Part shown: positions 9,083-18,238 of the stretch, piece by piece
How positions within the stretch are numbered: the first letter of the stretch is position 1
Layout of the letters: the number at the start of each line of letters is the position of its first letter
Assembly: GCA_947482115.1 (NCBI GenBank)
Contig: CANKII010000002.1
Location: 424,137-488,136, forward strand
From: Fibrobacterota bacterium
Lineage (GTDB): Bacteria; Fibrobacterota; Fibrobacteria; UBA11236
Direction of reading: 5' to 3'
Length of the DNA: 64,000 nucleotides
Program-made: the position numbers and the translations under genes
The notes under the pieces: generated by a model
What the model saw: the letters and a program-made list of their open reading frames with translations, nothing else
Databases searched by the model: none
What the model was told of the DNA's origin: nothing

Positions 9083-10032
9083 TCGTTTTCCCCTTGAATA
9101 TGAAGACAGTTTTTCAGGATGCGATAGGTGTCTTGAAGTTCATGCGGCTCTTTGCGTCCGCCGGCGTAGCGGGCATGATGAAAGAGTTCGCGCAACTTGT
9201 TCCAGCCTTCGGCTTCCTGCGGATTTGGATGGCGAATAAGATACTGATCCAGCAGCGTTTCGAACCGCTTGGAATCCGAAGATTTTGTTCCCAGATTGTA
9301 GCGGAGGAATTCCAGACAGACTTTTTCCGCATCGGCAATCCAGTTGCGGCTGTCCACGGTATTCCATCGGCCTTTTAAACTTTTGACTTCCGGCGAAAAA
9401 TCCCGGTTGTTTTCCTTGTGCGACTGGAGCCGTTTGACTTGAAATGTTTTCCATCCTCTCCATCCACCCCAGCCCAACGCGGCGATGGCTGCCAGGAACA
9501 GAATCAGTTGAAACCAAAGCCGTTTCCAAAGGGGAACGTGCTCGGGGCCAATATTCAGGAAGGCGCCGGGAACGTACAATCCTTCTTCGCGGTTTGAGAA
9601 GCCGGTGAGATAGCGAAGTTTGAGCGGCGAGACTTTACCGCTTCCCTGCGTTCGTGCCAGCAACTTGTAAATGAATTCCGTGGCATTGCGGGCTTCGCCA
9701 TTCTCCACCGTTTTACGATGGGTCGTGCTTTGATCCACGATTCGGAAGCCGGGAGTTTCCAGACTGTCGGGTGCAAGCACGACCACGGGGATGCGAGAGT
9801 CCTGCCACTCCACCAGCAACTGGTATTCGACGGTATCACCCACGCCGACATGTTCGGAAAGGAAGGAACCCTTGGCCGACAATTTCACAGCATCTTCGGG
9901 AGTCGCATTCATGGAGTCTTTGAGGACGGGCGTGGAATCGATTTGGGCGGCCGCAGAGAAAGCGCAAACGATGACAAGCGCTAGGGCCGGAATGGCGCGC
10001 CGGAAAGGAACGTCTTTCAAAGCCGGGTTCAT
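9079..10032 (-). CDS. BatD-like single-pass membrane protein, first gene of the operon
   Basis: Signal peptide, an Ig-like module, a TM helix (LWFQLILFLAAIAALGWGGW) and a helical tail. This is the same architecture as 6150-7184. ATGA overlap with moxR. Confidence 0.65.
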   Translation of the reverse strand: MNPALKDVPFRRAIPALALVIVCAFSAAAQIDSTPVLKDSMNATPEDAVKLSAKGSFLSEHVGVGDTVEYQLLVEWQDSRIPVVVLAPDSLETPGFRIVDQSTTHRKTVENGEARNATEFIYKLLARTQGSGKVSPLKLRYLTGFSNREEGLYVPGAFLNIGPEHVPLWKRLWFQLILFLAAIAALGWGGWRGWKTFQVKRLQSHKENNRDFSPEVKSLKGRWNTVDSRNWIADAEKVCLEFLRYNLGTKSSDSKRFETLLDQYLIRHPNPQEAEGWNKLRELFHHARYAGGRKEPHELQDTYRILKNCLHIQGENE

Positions 10033-10070
10033 GGGGCGGATTAAACTACCAAAAAATCTATCTTGAATCC

Positions 10071-10679
10071 ATGTTCGTTCCGTCCCGTTCCTCGTTGCTC
10101 GAAACCCTTGTGGATCGCCTGGCGGATCTGCCCTCCATTGGCCGCAAGTCCGCCCAGCGGCTGGCCTATCATATCCTCGCCACGCCCATGGAAGATGTCG
10201 AGGCTTTGAGCCGCGTTTTGCTGGAAGCCCGGCGCGGGGTTCGGCCCTGTACCGAATGTGGCAACCATGCCGAAACGGAATTATGCGCCGTATGCTCCAA
10301 CGCCCGCCGTGATAAGGCAGTAGTCTGCGTGGTGGAACGGCCGGCGGATATTACGGCCTTTGAAAGATTGGGAAGTTACCGGGGCGTTTATCATGTTCTC
10401 GGTGGAGTCCTGTCACCGCTGGACGGCATTGGCCCCGGAGAGATCAATCTGGCGAATCTTTTTTCCCGTTGCGACCGGGGGGTTACGGAAATTATTCTGG
10501 CCTTGGGCACGCATGCGGAAGGGGAAGCCACCTCTTCTTATATAGTCCAACGGTTGGCGGGGCGTACATTGCGGGTGACCCGTTTGGCGCGGGGACTTCC
10601 GGCGGGCAGCGATCTCGAATTTGTGGATGAGATTACCATGCAGCGGGCTCTCGAAGGTCGAGTCGATTTACGCCGCTGA
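10071..10679 (+). CDS. recR: Recombination protein RecR
   Basis: HhH N-terminus (LPSIGRKSAQRLAYHIL), a C4 zinc finger (CTECGNHAETELCAVC) and a Toprim region. Confidence 0.95.
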   Translation: MFVPSRSSLLETLVDRLADLPSIGRKSAQRLAYHILATPMEDVEALSRVLLEARRGVRPCTECGNHAETELCAVCSNARRDKAVVCVVERPADITAFERLGSYRGVYHVLGGVLSPLDGIGPGEINLANLFSRCDRGVTEIILALGTHAEGEATSSYIVQRLAGRTLRVTRLARGLPAGSDLEFVDEITMQRALEGRVDLRR

Positions 10680-10710
10680 CTTCGACTCCGCTCAGTCAGC
10701 AACGAGATTC

Positions 10711-11292
10711 ATGAAAATCATTTCTGCAGAAATGGTGACTTCGGCAGCGGATGCTTCCGGTTTCCCCGATGACAATCTTCCGCAAATTGCTTTGGCGGGT
10801 CGTTCCAATGCCGGCAAATCTTCGCTCATCAATGCACTGTGTCATTCCCGTGGAATGGCGCGATCGAGTCAGGCCCCGGGGAAGACCCGCTTGATCAATT
10901 TCTATCGGGTCAACGATGCTTTTTATTTGGTGGATCTTCCCGGCTTCGGTTATGCCAAGGTTGGACGCGACATGCGGGACTTGATGGAAATTGCGCTGCG
11001 CGCTTATTTCGATTCCGCGAAATCCTTGAAAGGTGTCTTGTATCTGGTCGATCCGCGTGTGCCGGACAGCCCGGTGGATCATGCCGCGCTGGAATGGATT
11101 CTGGAACGTGATCGACCGTTGATGGTGCTGGCTGCGCGTGCAGATCAACTCAAGAAAGCAGCGTTGGAAAAAGCCCTGGCCGAGATCGCGAAGAATCATC
11201 AGCTGCCCGAATCTCCTTTACCCGTCAGTTCTTTAAAGAAGACGGGATTGGATGAGGTCTGGGCTGAATTGATGCCATTGGTGGTTCAGTAA
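10711..11292 (+). CDS. engB: Ribosome-biogenesis GTPase EngB/YsxC
   Basis: G1 motif GRSNAGKSSLINAL and DLPGFGYA. ATG 10711 (MKIISAEMV) is preferred over the track start 10621, which overlaps recR. Confidence 0.9.
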   Translation: MKIISAEMVTSAADASGFPDDNLPQIALAGRSNAGKSSLINALCHSRGMARSSQAPGKTRLINFYRVNDAFYLVDLPGFGYAKVGRDMRDLMEIALRAYFDSAKSLKGVLYLVDPRVPDSPVDHAALEWILERDRPLMVLAARADQLKKAALEKALAEIAKNHQLPESPLPVSSLKKTGLDEVWAELMPLVVQ

Positions 11293-11334
11293 GTAATTGC
11301 TCTTCCATATTGGAGGAGGAAACCGTACGGTCCT

Positions 11335-11859
11335 CTATCTAAATATTGTTGCTGCGGCAGCTCCTAAGGGCGAATTTTGGCTGGGTACCTCGGAAGATGA
11401 TTTTGTTTTATACAAAGCCGATGTGTGGATCCAGACATCCGACTCATCAAAAGACACTCCCAGCGTGCTTCCGGGCAAAAAAGTCGTGAGCGTGTTGTTT
11501 TTATAGTGAATTTGAAGATTGTATTGTCTGCCTGCGGAGGAGACCTGCATGAGGGTGTCTGAAAGTATCTGCAGAATGGTGCCTGTATAAGTAGCCGAAT
11601 TAACACCATTCGTGATATGCTGAGTCATTTCCCCAGCCGCTGATATGGTCATTATGCCTGAAATGGCATAGCCCGGGGTCGTATCCGTAATGACCTGTCC
11701 GTTTGAATATTTTATTGTAAATCCGCCGAGGGTGTAACTTCCTACAAGCTGGCTGCCAGTTAAATCTGCGTGTCCTCCGCCGTCGACACTGGTGGAATTG
11801 TTACAAGCAAGGATGGACAGCGAAAGGATGATCGAAAGAAGGGCCAAAGTCGATTTCAA
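11335..11859 (-). CDS. Lipoprotein, function unknown
   Basis: Lipobox LSILAC after a signal peptide. The remainder is a beta-rich 174-aa protein with no motif I recognise. Confidence 0.6.
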   Translation of the reverse strand: MKSTLALLSIILSLSILACNNSTSVDGGGHADLTGSQLVGSYTLGGFTIKYSNGQVITDTTPGYAISGIMTISAAGEMTQHITNGVNSATYTGTILQILSDTLMQVSSAGRQYNLQIHYKNNTLTTFLPGSTLGVSFDESDVWIHTSALYKTKSSSEVPSQNSPLGAAAATIFR

Positions 11860-11927
11860 GTTGCCTCCGTTTGTTTTGTCACCCTCTAGACTTGCAAAGA
11901 TATAGAATGGTAACCGTTCAATGCAAT

Positions 11928-12314
11928 TTATTTCCCTTTATCCACACCCCATTTTACCGCGCCGCGACAGGCGATGAATAAAAAGACAAAGCAATAGAGT
12001 ACAGCGGACTCGCCCTTGTTGATTGCCGGAAAGAAATTGGAACCCATCTGAAATTTCCAGTGGAATTGAAAATAGGCCACGGCCATCATACCGCTGCAAA
12101 CGAAGGCAGCGCAACGGGTTTGAAAACCAACCAGAACTAAAAATCCGCCGATCAGTTCAATGATTCCACCAAACCAAATCTGGGACCCAAAAGTGGGATG
12201 GAATGCGGAAAGCAAACCGAAAATCTTTTGGATTCCATGAAATGAAAGCATTGCCCCGGAAATGATCCGCAGCAGGGCATAGGTGTAGTCCGAATATTTA
12301 TCAAGCCACTTCAT
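11928..12314 (-). CDS. DoxX-family membrane protein
   Basis: MKWLDKYSDYTYALLRIISGAMLSFHGIQKIFG.. with four TM helices. The start at 12314 is preferred over the track start 12353. Confidence 0.8.
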   Translation of the reverse strand: MKWLDKYSDYTYALLRIISGAMLSFHGIQKIFGLLSAFHPTFGSQIWFGGIIELIGGFLVLVGFQTRCAAFVCSGMMAVAYFQFHWKFQMGSNFFPAINKGESAVLYCFVFLFIACRGAVKWGVDKGK

Positions 12315-12786
12315 AATTTTCTCCCGACTGCATCTTCGCCAGCAACTCATCAAATCGACTCATGCTGGAATCATAACCGACCACGGCGAATCCCTTGGTC
12401 GCTTCGCATTCCTCAGTCGTCCTGAACAGCATCCGTTTGACGATTTTGGTTCTGCCGTTTTCTTCAATGAAATCCGTGGTCACATGAAACATCTGCGGGT
12501 TGGCGTCGTCGCCATGATGATAAACCATGCGCGAAGGCTTCACCACTTCGATGTATTCAATCCGGTTGGGATAATCGGTGCCGTCAGGCCCGTGCATAGT
12601 CAGTCGCCATATGCCACCGGGTTTCACATCCATTTCATGAATGGTATTGGTAAATCCCTGCGGGCCCCACCAAATTGCGACAATCTTGGGATCCGTCCAG
12701 GCTTTCCACACGAGATCGCGCGGTGCATCGAAGGTTCGGGTAAATACCATTTCCCGATCGGATGGATATTCAACAAGGGTTTTCAT
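12301..12786 (-). CDS. SRPBCC/AHSA1 (Aha1-like START fold) protein
   Basis: Typical AHSA1 N-terminal pattern: FTRTFDAPRDLVWKAWTDPKIVAIWWGP. Confidence 0.85.
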   Translation of the reverse strand: MKTLVEYPSDREMVFTRTFDAPRDLVWKAWTDPKIVAIWWGPQGFTNTIHEMDVKPGGIWRLTMHGPDGTDYPNRIEYIEVVKPSRMVYHHGDDANPQMFHVTTDFIEENGRTKIVKRMLFRTTEECEATKGFAVVGYDSSMSRFDELLAKMQSGENYEVA

Positions 12787-12805
12787 GATCTTTTCCTTCT
12801 AACCT

Positions 12806-13453
12806 TTATTTGCGTTTAACCAAACGGATGTGGGATACGGTTTCGGAAGGGACAAATTCGACACACTCATATTGCTTTGCGGTTTCGTCCCCGTTTTCAA
12901 AGAGACGTTCTCCGCCCCCCAAAAGTTTTGTCGTCATCACCAGGTGGAGTTCGTCAATAAGGCCTGCATTCAAGTATTGCCTTACCAAATTCGTGCCCCC
13001 TCCGATGCGCACGTCTTTTCCGTTTGCCACCGCGAACGCCTTCTTCAATGCGACTTCAATCCCTTCGGTGACAAATTCGAAGCTGGTGCCGCCTTCCATG
13101 GGAAAGGATTTTCTTGCATGATGCGTCAATACAAATACAGGGTGATGATAAGGAGGATTGGGACCCCACCAGCCTTTCCACTCTTCATCGCGCCAGGCCC
13201 CGCGAAGGGGACTGAACATATTGCGCCCCATGATGGTCGCCCCGATTCCGTCATCGGCGCGGGCTGCAAACCCGTCGTCTATCCCTGTGCTTCCGCCTTC
13301 ACTTCCGAACATTATTTTAAAAGTTCGGGTGGCGAGAGCCCAATCCATGATGGGCATCCCTCCAACTCCAAAAGGGTTTTCGAGGCTTTGACCCGGTGCG
13401 GCGGTATAACCGTCCAATGACATGGTGTATCCACGAACGACGAGCTTTGGCAT
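12806..13453 (-). CDS. Dihydrofolate-reductase-family protein (RibD C-terminal-like)
   Basis: MSLDGYTA..., ..DELHLVMTTKLLGGGERLF, about 215 aa, typical of the YyaP/RibD_C family. Confidence 0.8.
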   Translation of the reverse strand: MPKLVVRGYTMSLDGYTAAPGQSLENPFGVGGMPIMDWALATRTFKIMFGSEGGSTGIDDGFAARADDGIGATIMGRNMFSPLRGAWRDEEWKGWWGPNPPYHHPVFVLTHHARKSFPMEGGTSFEFVTEGIEVALKKAFAVANGKDVRIGGGTNLVRQYLNAGLIDELHLVMTTKLLGGGERLFENGDETAKQYECVEFVPSETVSHIRLVKRK

Positions 13454-13481
13454 TTTTCTTCTCCTTCTTTCTTTCCCCCGC

Positions 13482-14009
13482 TTAGCGGGATTGTACTTCT
13501 TTCAGATATGTTTCGAGTTGCGCAAGGCTTCCACCCCAGCCTTGTTCCATTCCCGCGTGGGCCGCGTTGAAGGTCTGGATTTCCTCTTCGGTTGAATGAT
13601 GTGGAGTCCACACGATCGTAATCGTCGTCTTTCCGTCCTTTTCGGTGAATGTGGCAGTGGACAACATATGCTTTGGCCAGGTCGGCGCAAACGGGTGGCT
13701 GGTGATGTTGCCCTCTGCATCGGCGAAGGATTGGATCTGAACCACCTTTTTCGGCGGTTCGATTTCAAGGTATTTGCAGAGGCCCCACATCTCGCCTCCG
13801 TCCGGGGTGATCATGCAATAGTGGGACATGCCGCCCGCGCGGAAATCCATTTTCGTGAACGACATTCCCCCTCCGCTGGGATTCATCCATCGTGCGACGT
13901 GTTCGGGTTCGGTCCATACTTTCCACACGAGATTGCGTGGCGCATCGAACACACGTGAGATGACGAAGTCTTTTGAGGGTTGCGAGGCGGTGGTGTTATC
14001 TGCGTTCAT
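13482..14009 (-). CDS. SRPBCC/AHSA1 protein
   Basis: ISRVFDAPRNLVWKVWTEPEHVARWMNP. Stop/start overlap with the arsR-like gene. Confidence 0.85.
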   Translation of the reverse strand: MNADNTTASQPSKDFVISRVFDAPRNLVWKVWTEPEHVARWMNPSGGGMSFTKMDFRAGGMSHYCMITPDGGEMWGLCKYLEIEPPKKVVQIQSFADAEGNITSHPFAPTWPKHMLSTATFTEKDGKTTITIVWTPHHSTEEEIQTFNAAHAGMEQGWGGSLAQLETYLKEVQSR

Positions 14010-14359
14010 TTTTTCTTCTCCTTTTTTTGCAGTTCTTTCAAGTAATCATCCAGTCGATCGAAGCTGGCCTCCCAGAAACGGCGGTAATGTTCCACCCAGT
14101 CCGAAGCCTCCTTGAGCGGTCCTGCGTCCAGTTTGCAGGGTCTCCACTGTGCTTCACGGCCCCGTGTGATGAGTCCGGCGCGCTCGAGCACCTTGAGATG
14201 CTTTGAGATCGCCGGAAGGCTCATGTTGAACGGCGCCGCCAATTCCGTGACAGGCATTTCACCTCCGCTGAGCTTTTCCAGAATCGCCCTGCGCGTCGGA
14301 TCCGCCAGTGCGGCAAATACTGGGCTGAGAGGATCGGAATGCGGAGCTTGTTTCACCAT
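14006..14359 (-). CDS. ArsR/SmtB-family transcriptional regulator
   Basis: Winged HTH: VFAALADPTRRAILEKLSGGEMPVTELAAPFNMSLPAISKHLKVLERAGLI. Confidence 0.9.
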   Translation of the reverse strand: MVKQAPHSDPLSPVFAALADPTRRAILEKLSGGEMPVTELAAPFNMSLPAISKHLKVLERAGLITRGREAQWRPCKLDAGPLKEASDWVEHYRRFWEASFDRLDDYLKELQKKEKKK

Positions 14360-14375
14360 GTCTGCTTGCTCTCTT

Positions 14376-14879
14376 TCAGGCGCCCATCTTTTTGATCATG
14401 TCCACGAGTTGATCGAGGGCTTTTCCCCAGCCTTCATGAAATCCCATTTCCAAGTGCGTTTTGCAATCAGCTTCGTTTTCGTGGATGACCGTGGCCGTGT
14501 ATTTGGTTCCTGTTCCGTGGGTTTCAAGCGCAATGATTGCGGTGAAAACAGGGACGCCGGGAAAGGGGCTTTTTGCCGGCCGGAAGCCCGGTGACAATGC
14601 GGAAGTCCACGTCAGTTTTTCATTGGGAATAACTTCGAGGTAACATCCGGTGTTCGGAAAATTCTGTCCTTCGGGGGACCGCATTACCGTGTGGAAAATT
14701 CCCCCGGGGCGAAGATCGATTTCACATTCCACCGTTTGCCACGGAGCGGGGGTGAACCACTTCTTGAGGTGCTCCGGTGTTGTCCATGCGGCCCAGACAA
14801 GCTCACGGGGAACGTCGATGATGCGTTCAAGGACAAGGTCCCGTTTTGAATCCGGGGGAGTGCTCATGGGGTGAATCAT
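14376..14879 (-). CDS. SRPBCC/AHSA1 protein
   Basis: [28 protein letters not shown]. First gene of the ArsR cluster. Confidence 0.85.
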   Translation of the reverse strand: MIHPMSTPPDSKRDLVLERIIDVPRELVWAAWTTPEHLKKWFTPAPWQTVECEIDLRPGGIFHTVMRSPEGQNFPNTGCYLEVIPNEKLTWTSALSPGFRPAKSPFPGVPVFTAIIALETHGTGTKYTATVIHENEADCKTHLEMGFHEGWGKALDQLVDMIKKMGA

Positions 14880-14971
14880 TGTTTTTCTCCTTCAGTTCCG
14901 GGTCGATATTGTATTTAACCTAATGGTAAAGTAAGGAGCCTGAAAAGGTTTGTCAAGGGAAAATTTGCACA

Positions 14972-15004
14972 AATAAAAAAACGGGCTTTTACACCCGTTT
15001 TTTC
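14972..15004 (-). terminator. Rho-independent terminator downstream of the rhodanese gene
   Basis: aaaaaaacgggc-ttttaca-cccgttttttt. The stem is aacggg/cccgtt, flanked by A- and T-runs, so it could work bidirectionally. Confidence 0.6.
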
Positions 15005-15027
15005 CGAACAGAAACCAATTTTCGTCG

Positions 15028-15345
15028 TTATTTACTCAATCGCATTTGCAATCCCGCCCATCCTCCGCCATTCACTACTTCGGAAAAACCCTTCGATTCA
15101 AGGAGTCTTTTCGCAGAAGCGCTGCGCATTCCGCTTGCGCAACAAGTGATGACCGGCTTATCCTTGGAAATTTTGGAAAGATGTCGATCAAGGATTTGCA
15201 GGGGAATATTCACGGAGCCTTTGATGTGGCCTCCTTCAAATTCTCCGGCCGTTCGCACATCAATGATTTGGGCATTGCGTTCGAGTAGTCCGGTGAAATC
15301 CGTCGGTGCTCCAAATCCCAACATTTGCTTTATGGAATCAAACAT
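15028..15345 (-). CDS. Rhodanese-domain sulfurtransferase
   Basis: Single 105-aa rhodanese domain with the active-site loop CASGMRS. Confidence 0.85.
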   Translation of the reverse strand: MFDSIKQMLGFGAPTDFTGLLERNAQIIDVRTAGEFEGGHIKGSVNIPLQILDRHLSKISKDKPVITCCASGMRSASAKRLLESKGFSEVVNGGGWAGLQMRLSK

Positions 15346-15356
15346 GGTTTATCCTC

Positions 15357-15830
15357 TCATGCCGCTTTTTGAAGCAGCTCAGTTACGTGGGTTGGTTTGT
15401 TGGTGAAAATCCGTTCTCCGTTGTAAATCACGTCCCAGGTCACCGGGATGATTTTTTTCAGCATATGGCTGATGCCGCAATATTTTTCCTGTGAGCGGGT
15501 TACGGCGTCAAGCGCAAGGGCTTTGTCTTCGGAGTTTCCCTGAAAGTCGTAGATGATGTGGACGGCCGTGTATTCGATGGGCGGTTGAGCGCTGATTTCA
15601 CCAGAAACCTTCATGCTGAATCCATCCACGGGTTTTCCTGCCTTGCGCAGAATGGATACCACGTCCATTCCTGTGCAACCCGAAAGCGCGGTGAGGATGA
15701 AGGGTTTTGGAATCGGTCCTAGGTCGTCGCCACCCACCCGTTCCGGCGCATCCATGACCACGGTATGTCCGTCCACCAAGGCGTTGAATTGCATCTTGCC
15801 CATCCATTGGGTCTCTATCTCGTGCAGCAT
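15357..15830 (-). CDS. OsmC-family protein
   Basis: 157 aa with an OsmC-like pattern (GPIPKPFILTALSGCTGMDV ... CGISHML) containing two conserved Cys. Confidence 0.7.
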   Translation of the reverse strand: MLHEIETQWMGKMQFNALVDGHTVVMDAPERVGGDDLGPIPKPFILTALSGCTGMDVVSILRKAGKPVDGFSMKVSGEISAQPPIEYTAVHIIYDFQGNSEDKALALDAVTRSQEKYCGISHMLKKIIPVTWDVIYNGERIFTNKPTHVTELLQKAA

Positions 15831-16048
15831 GATTCGCCCTCCTTTCCCTTGTTCTTGTTTGTCCGGATTCCGAACGGAAGGTAGAGGGGACAGAAGCGCA
15901 CAAAGCTGGTCAGGAGCAGGATGCCAGCCAGCACCATCAGGACTGTACCCAAAGTTCCGGTGACGACTTTTGTGGAATACAGGATGGCAATGGTTATGAC
16001 GGCAATCAACCGCAGAAGCTTGTCCGTTTTGCCGATGTTCGTGATCAT
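15815..16048 (-). CDS. DUF2892 (YgaP-like) small membrane protein
   Basis: NIGKTDKLLRLIAVITI.. ..LTSFVRFCPLYLPFGI, the typical DUF2892 signature. Confidence 0.8.
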   Translation of the reverse strand: MITNIGKTDKLLRLIAVITIAILYSTKVVTGTLGTVLMVLAGILLLTSFVRFCPLYLPFGIRTNKNKGKEGESCCTR

Positions 16049-16114
16049 TTCAGGTTCCTCCGTTGTGTTTAAACAGAAGATACCACGTGACCCGGGCCGG
16101 GTCAGTCACATAGG

Positions 16115-16744
16115 TTACAGTTCTCCGAGCAGCTTGATTTGATTGCGGTAGAGCAGCACTTTCCCGTCCCGCTCCAGTTTTTTCAGGAGGCGGGAAATCA
16201 CCACGCGGGAAGTGGCAAGTTCGGTGGCAATTCGCTCGTGGGAGAGATTGATGAGCGAAGAGTCAATGGCTTCGGACTTGTCCTTAAGATAGGCAACGAG
16301 ACGCTGATCGAGATTCTGAAAGGCAATGAGGTCGATTGTTCTCAATAACTCGTTGAAACGATTACGGATGGTTTTCATGACGAAATTTTTCCATGTGGGA
16401 TATTTCACCAGCCATTCATCCATCGATTCCATCGGAACGGTGAGCATTTCCGCGTCCTCTTCCGCCACAGCGCGAATCTCGCTGGGAAGCCGTTCCATGC
16501 AGCAGGTAAAGGTCATGGCGCAACTCTCATCCGGATTGATGTAGTAGAGGAACAGTTCGCGGCCGTCGTTTTCCACCCGTGAAATCCGCAGTACGCCGGA
16601 AAGGAGGATGGGCATGACTTTCACCACTTCACCGCTTTGAAGAAAAGCGTCACCGGCCTTGATGTGCACGAGAGACGCCTTGTTCGCAAGCTCCTGGACG
16701 AGTTCGGGCTCAAACAGATCGTGAAAATGTTCCGGAATTTTCAT
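16115..16744 (-). CDS. Crp/Fnr-family transcriptional regulator
   Basis: A cNMP-binding beta-barrel plus a C-terminal HTH (RIATELATSRVVISRLLKKLERDGKV). ATG 16744 gives an ATGA overlap with the MFS gene stop. Confidence 0.9.
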   Translation of the reverse strand: MKIPEHFHDLFEPELVQELANKASLVHIKAGDAFLQSGEVVKVMPILLSGVLRISRVENDGRELFLYYINPDESCAMTFTCCMERLPSEIRAVAEEDAEMLTVPMESMDEWLVKYPTWKNFVMKTIRNRFNELLRTIDLIAFQNLDQRLVAYLKDKSEAIDSSLINLSHERIATELATSRVVISRLLKKLERDGKVLLYRNQIKLLGEL

Positions 16745-18183
16745 GCTCCCGACTTTCGTTGTAGACCCAACCATCCGATTAGGAAGGAAATGGCGAGGAA
16801 AGCCGCGCCGGTTGCCAATGCCATGCGATAGCCGGAGAGTACCGCATCGGTTCCGTTCACGAGTCCGGCGAGTTTTAAATGCGCTGTGGTTCCGGCGGCG
16901 ACGGCTACCATCACAGCCAAGCCAATAGCGCCACCGAGTTGTCCCGTGGTATTCAGAATACCGGAAACCAAACCGTGCTCATCAGGTTTAGCACCGGAAG
17001 TTGCGAGAATCATCAATGTCACGAAGGCGGGCATAACGCCGCAGGAAATCAGGAGCGTGGCGGGCAATACGTGAAACCAGTAGGTGTCGTGCGTCTGGAT
17101 TAAGGCCAGCAAACCAAGACCGGTGGTGCCGAGGAGCGTTCCCGCCAATAATACCGCCTTTGGGCCAAAGCGATTGGCGAGTTTTCCGCCCCAAGGGCCG
17201 GCAATGCTGGCCATGATTCCATGCGGCAGGAATACGAGTCCGGTGTGAAGGGGGGCGTAACCGAGTATTTGCTGGAAGTACAGGGTGAGAATCAAATTCA
17301 TGGCGACCATAGCCGCGCTTAAAAAGGTGATGATGAGATTGGAAACGGCGATGCCTGGCATCAGGAAGATGCGGAGGGGCATAAGGGGTTGTTCGGTGCG
17401 CATTTCTACCACGATGAATCCTGCGATCAACAGAAAGGATGTTCCAAATAATCTCCATGTGGCCCACGAAGTCCATCCTGCGGCGGAAGCTTGTACGAGT
17501 GCATAGACCAGCAGCATCAGTCCCGAGGTCACGAGTACGCTGCCGAGAATGTCGAGTTTGATTTTCTGTTTCGGCAGTGGAGCTTCTTTCACCAAGCGCA
17601 GGACCATGAAGAACAAGGCGATTCCCAGCGGAACATTCACGAACAAAATCCATCGCCATCCGAAGAAAGCTGTCAGAATTCCACCCATCACCACGCCGAT
17701 GGAATATCCCGCTGCGGCCACGGTTCCCCAGATTCCCAAGGCGCGATTGCGCTGTGGGCCTTCATCGAAGGCACCCATGAGCAGAGCCAATGCCGCCGGT
17801 GTGAGTAGCGCGGCTCCCAATCCCTGCAGACAACGCATGGCGATCAACATGGTTGGAGTGGTGGAGAAACCACCGAGCAAGGAGGCGAAAGTGAACAAGG
17901 CGGTTCCGCCGAGGAAAATGTGTTTGCGTCCGAAAAGATCGGAAAGTTTTCCACCGAGCAAAAGAAATCCGCCGAAGACGATGCCGTAACCGGTGAACAA
18001 CCATTGGATGGTTTCAGGTGTAAATCCGAGGGCTTTTTGGATGGACGGCACGGCGACGTTGACGATGGAGAAATCGAGGACGACCATGCAATCGGCACAG
18101 CAAAGCAAAGTGAGGATTAACTTCTGCCAGGAAGTGAAAGGGATATTTACAGCGGTTGTTCCGCTTTGGGAATCGGGTGTCAT
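16741..18183 (-). CDS. MFS transporter, DHA2 (EmrB/QacA, 14-TMS) type
   Basis: 480 aa with about 14 hydrophobic segments and an MFS motif (GKLSDLFGRK). Confidence 0.9.
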   Translation of the reverse strand: MTPDSQSGTTAVNIPFTSWQKLILTLLCCADCMVVLDFSIVNVAVPSIQKALGFTPETIQWLFTGYGIVFGGFLLLGGKLSDLFGRKHIFLGGTALFTFASLLGGFSTTPTMLIAMRCLQGLGAALLTPAALALLMGAFDEGPQRNRALGIWGTVAAAGYSIGVVMGGILTAFFGWRWILFVNVPLGIALFFMVLRLVKEAPLPKQKIKLDILGSVLVTSGLMLLVYALVQASAAGWTSWATWRLFGTSFLLIAGFIVVEMRTEQPLMPLRIFLMPGIAVSNLIITFLSAAMVAMNLILTLYFQQILGYAPLHTGLVFLPHGIMASIAGPWGGKLANRFGPKAVLLAGTLLGTTGLGLLALIQTHDTYWFHVLPATLLISCGVMPAFVTLMILATSGAKPDEHGLVSGILNTTGQLGGAIGLAVMVAVAAGTTAHLKLAGLVNGTDAVLSGYRMALATGAAFLAISFLIGWLGLQRKSGA

Positions 18184-18238
18184 TTCAAAGCCTTGAGAAA
18201 CTTGTTACAGGTTCAAAAGGGAAGGTAAATTTCAAACC

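Noticed and set aside
16988-17659. 223-aa - strand ORF in an alternative frame of the MFS gene
   Set aside because: It overlaps the 14-TMS transporter frame. It is Arg/His-rich and not membrane-like.
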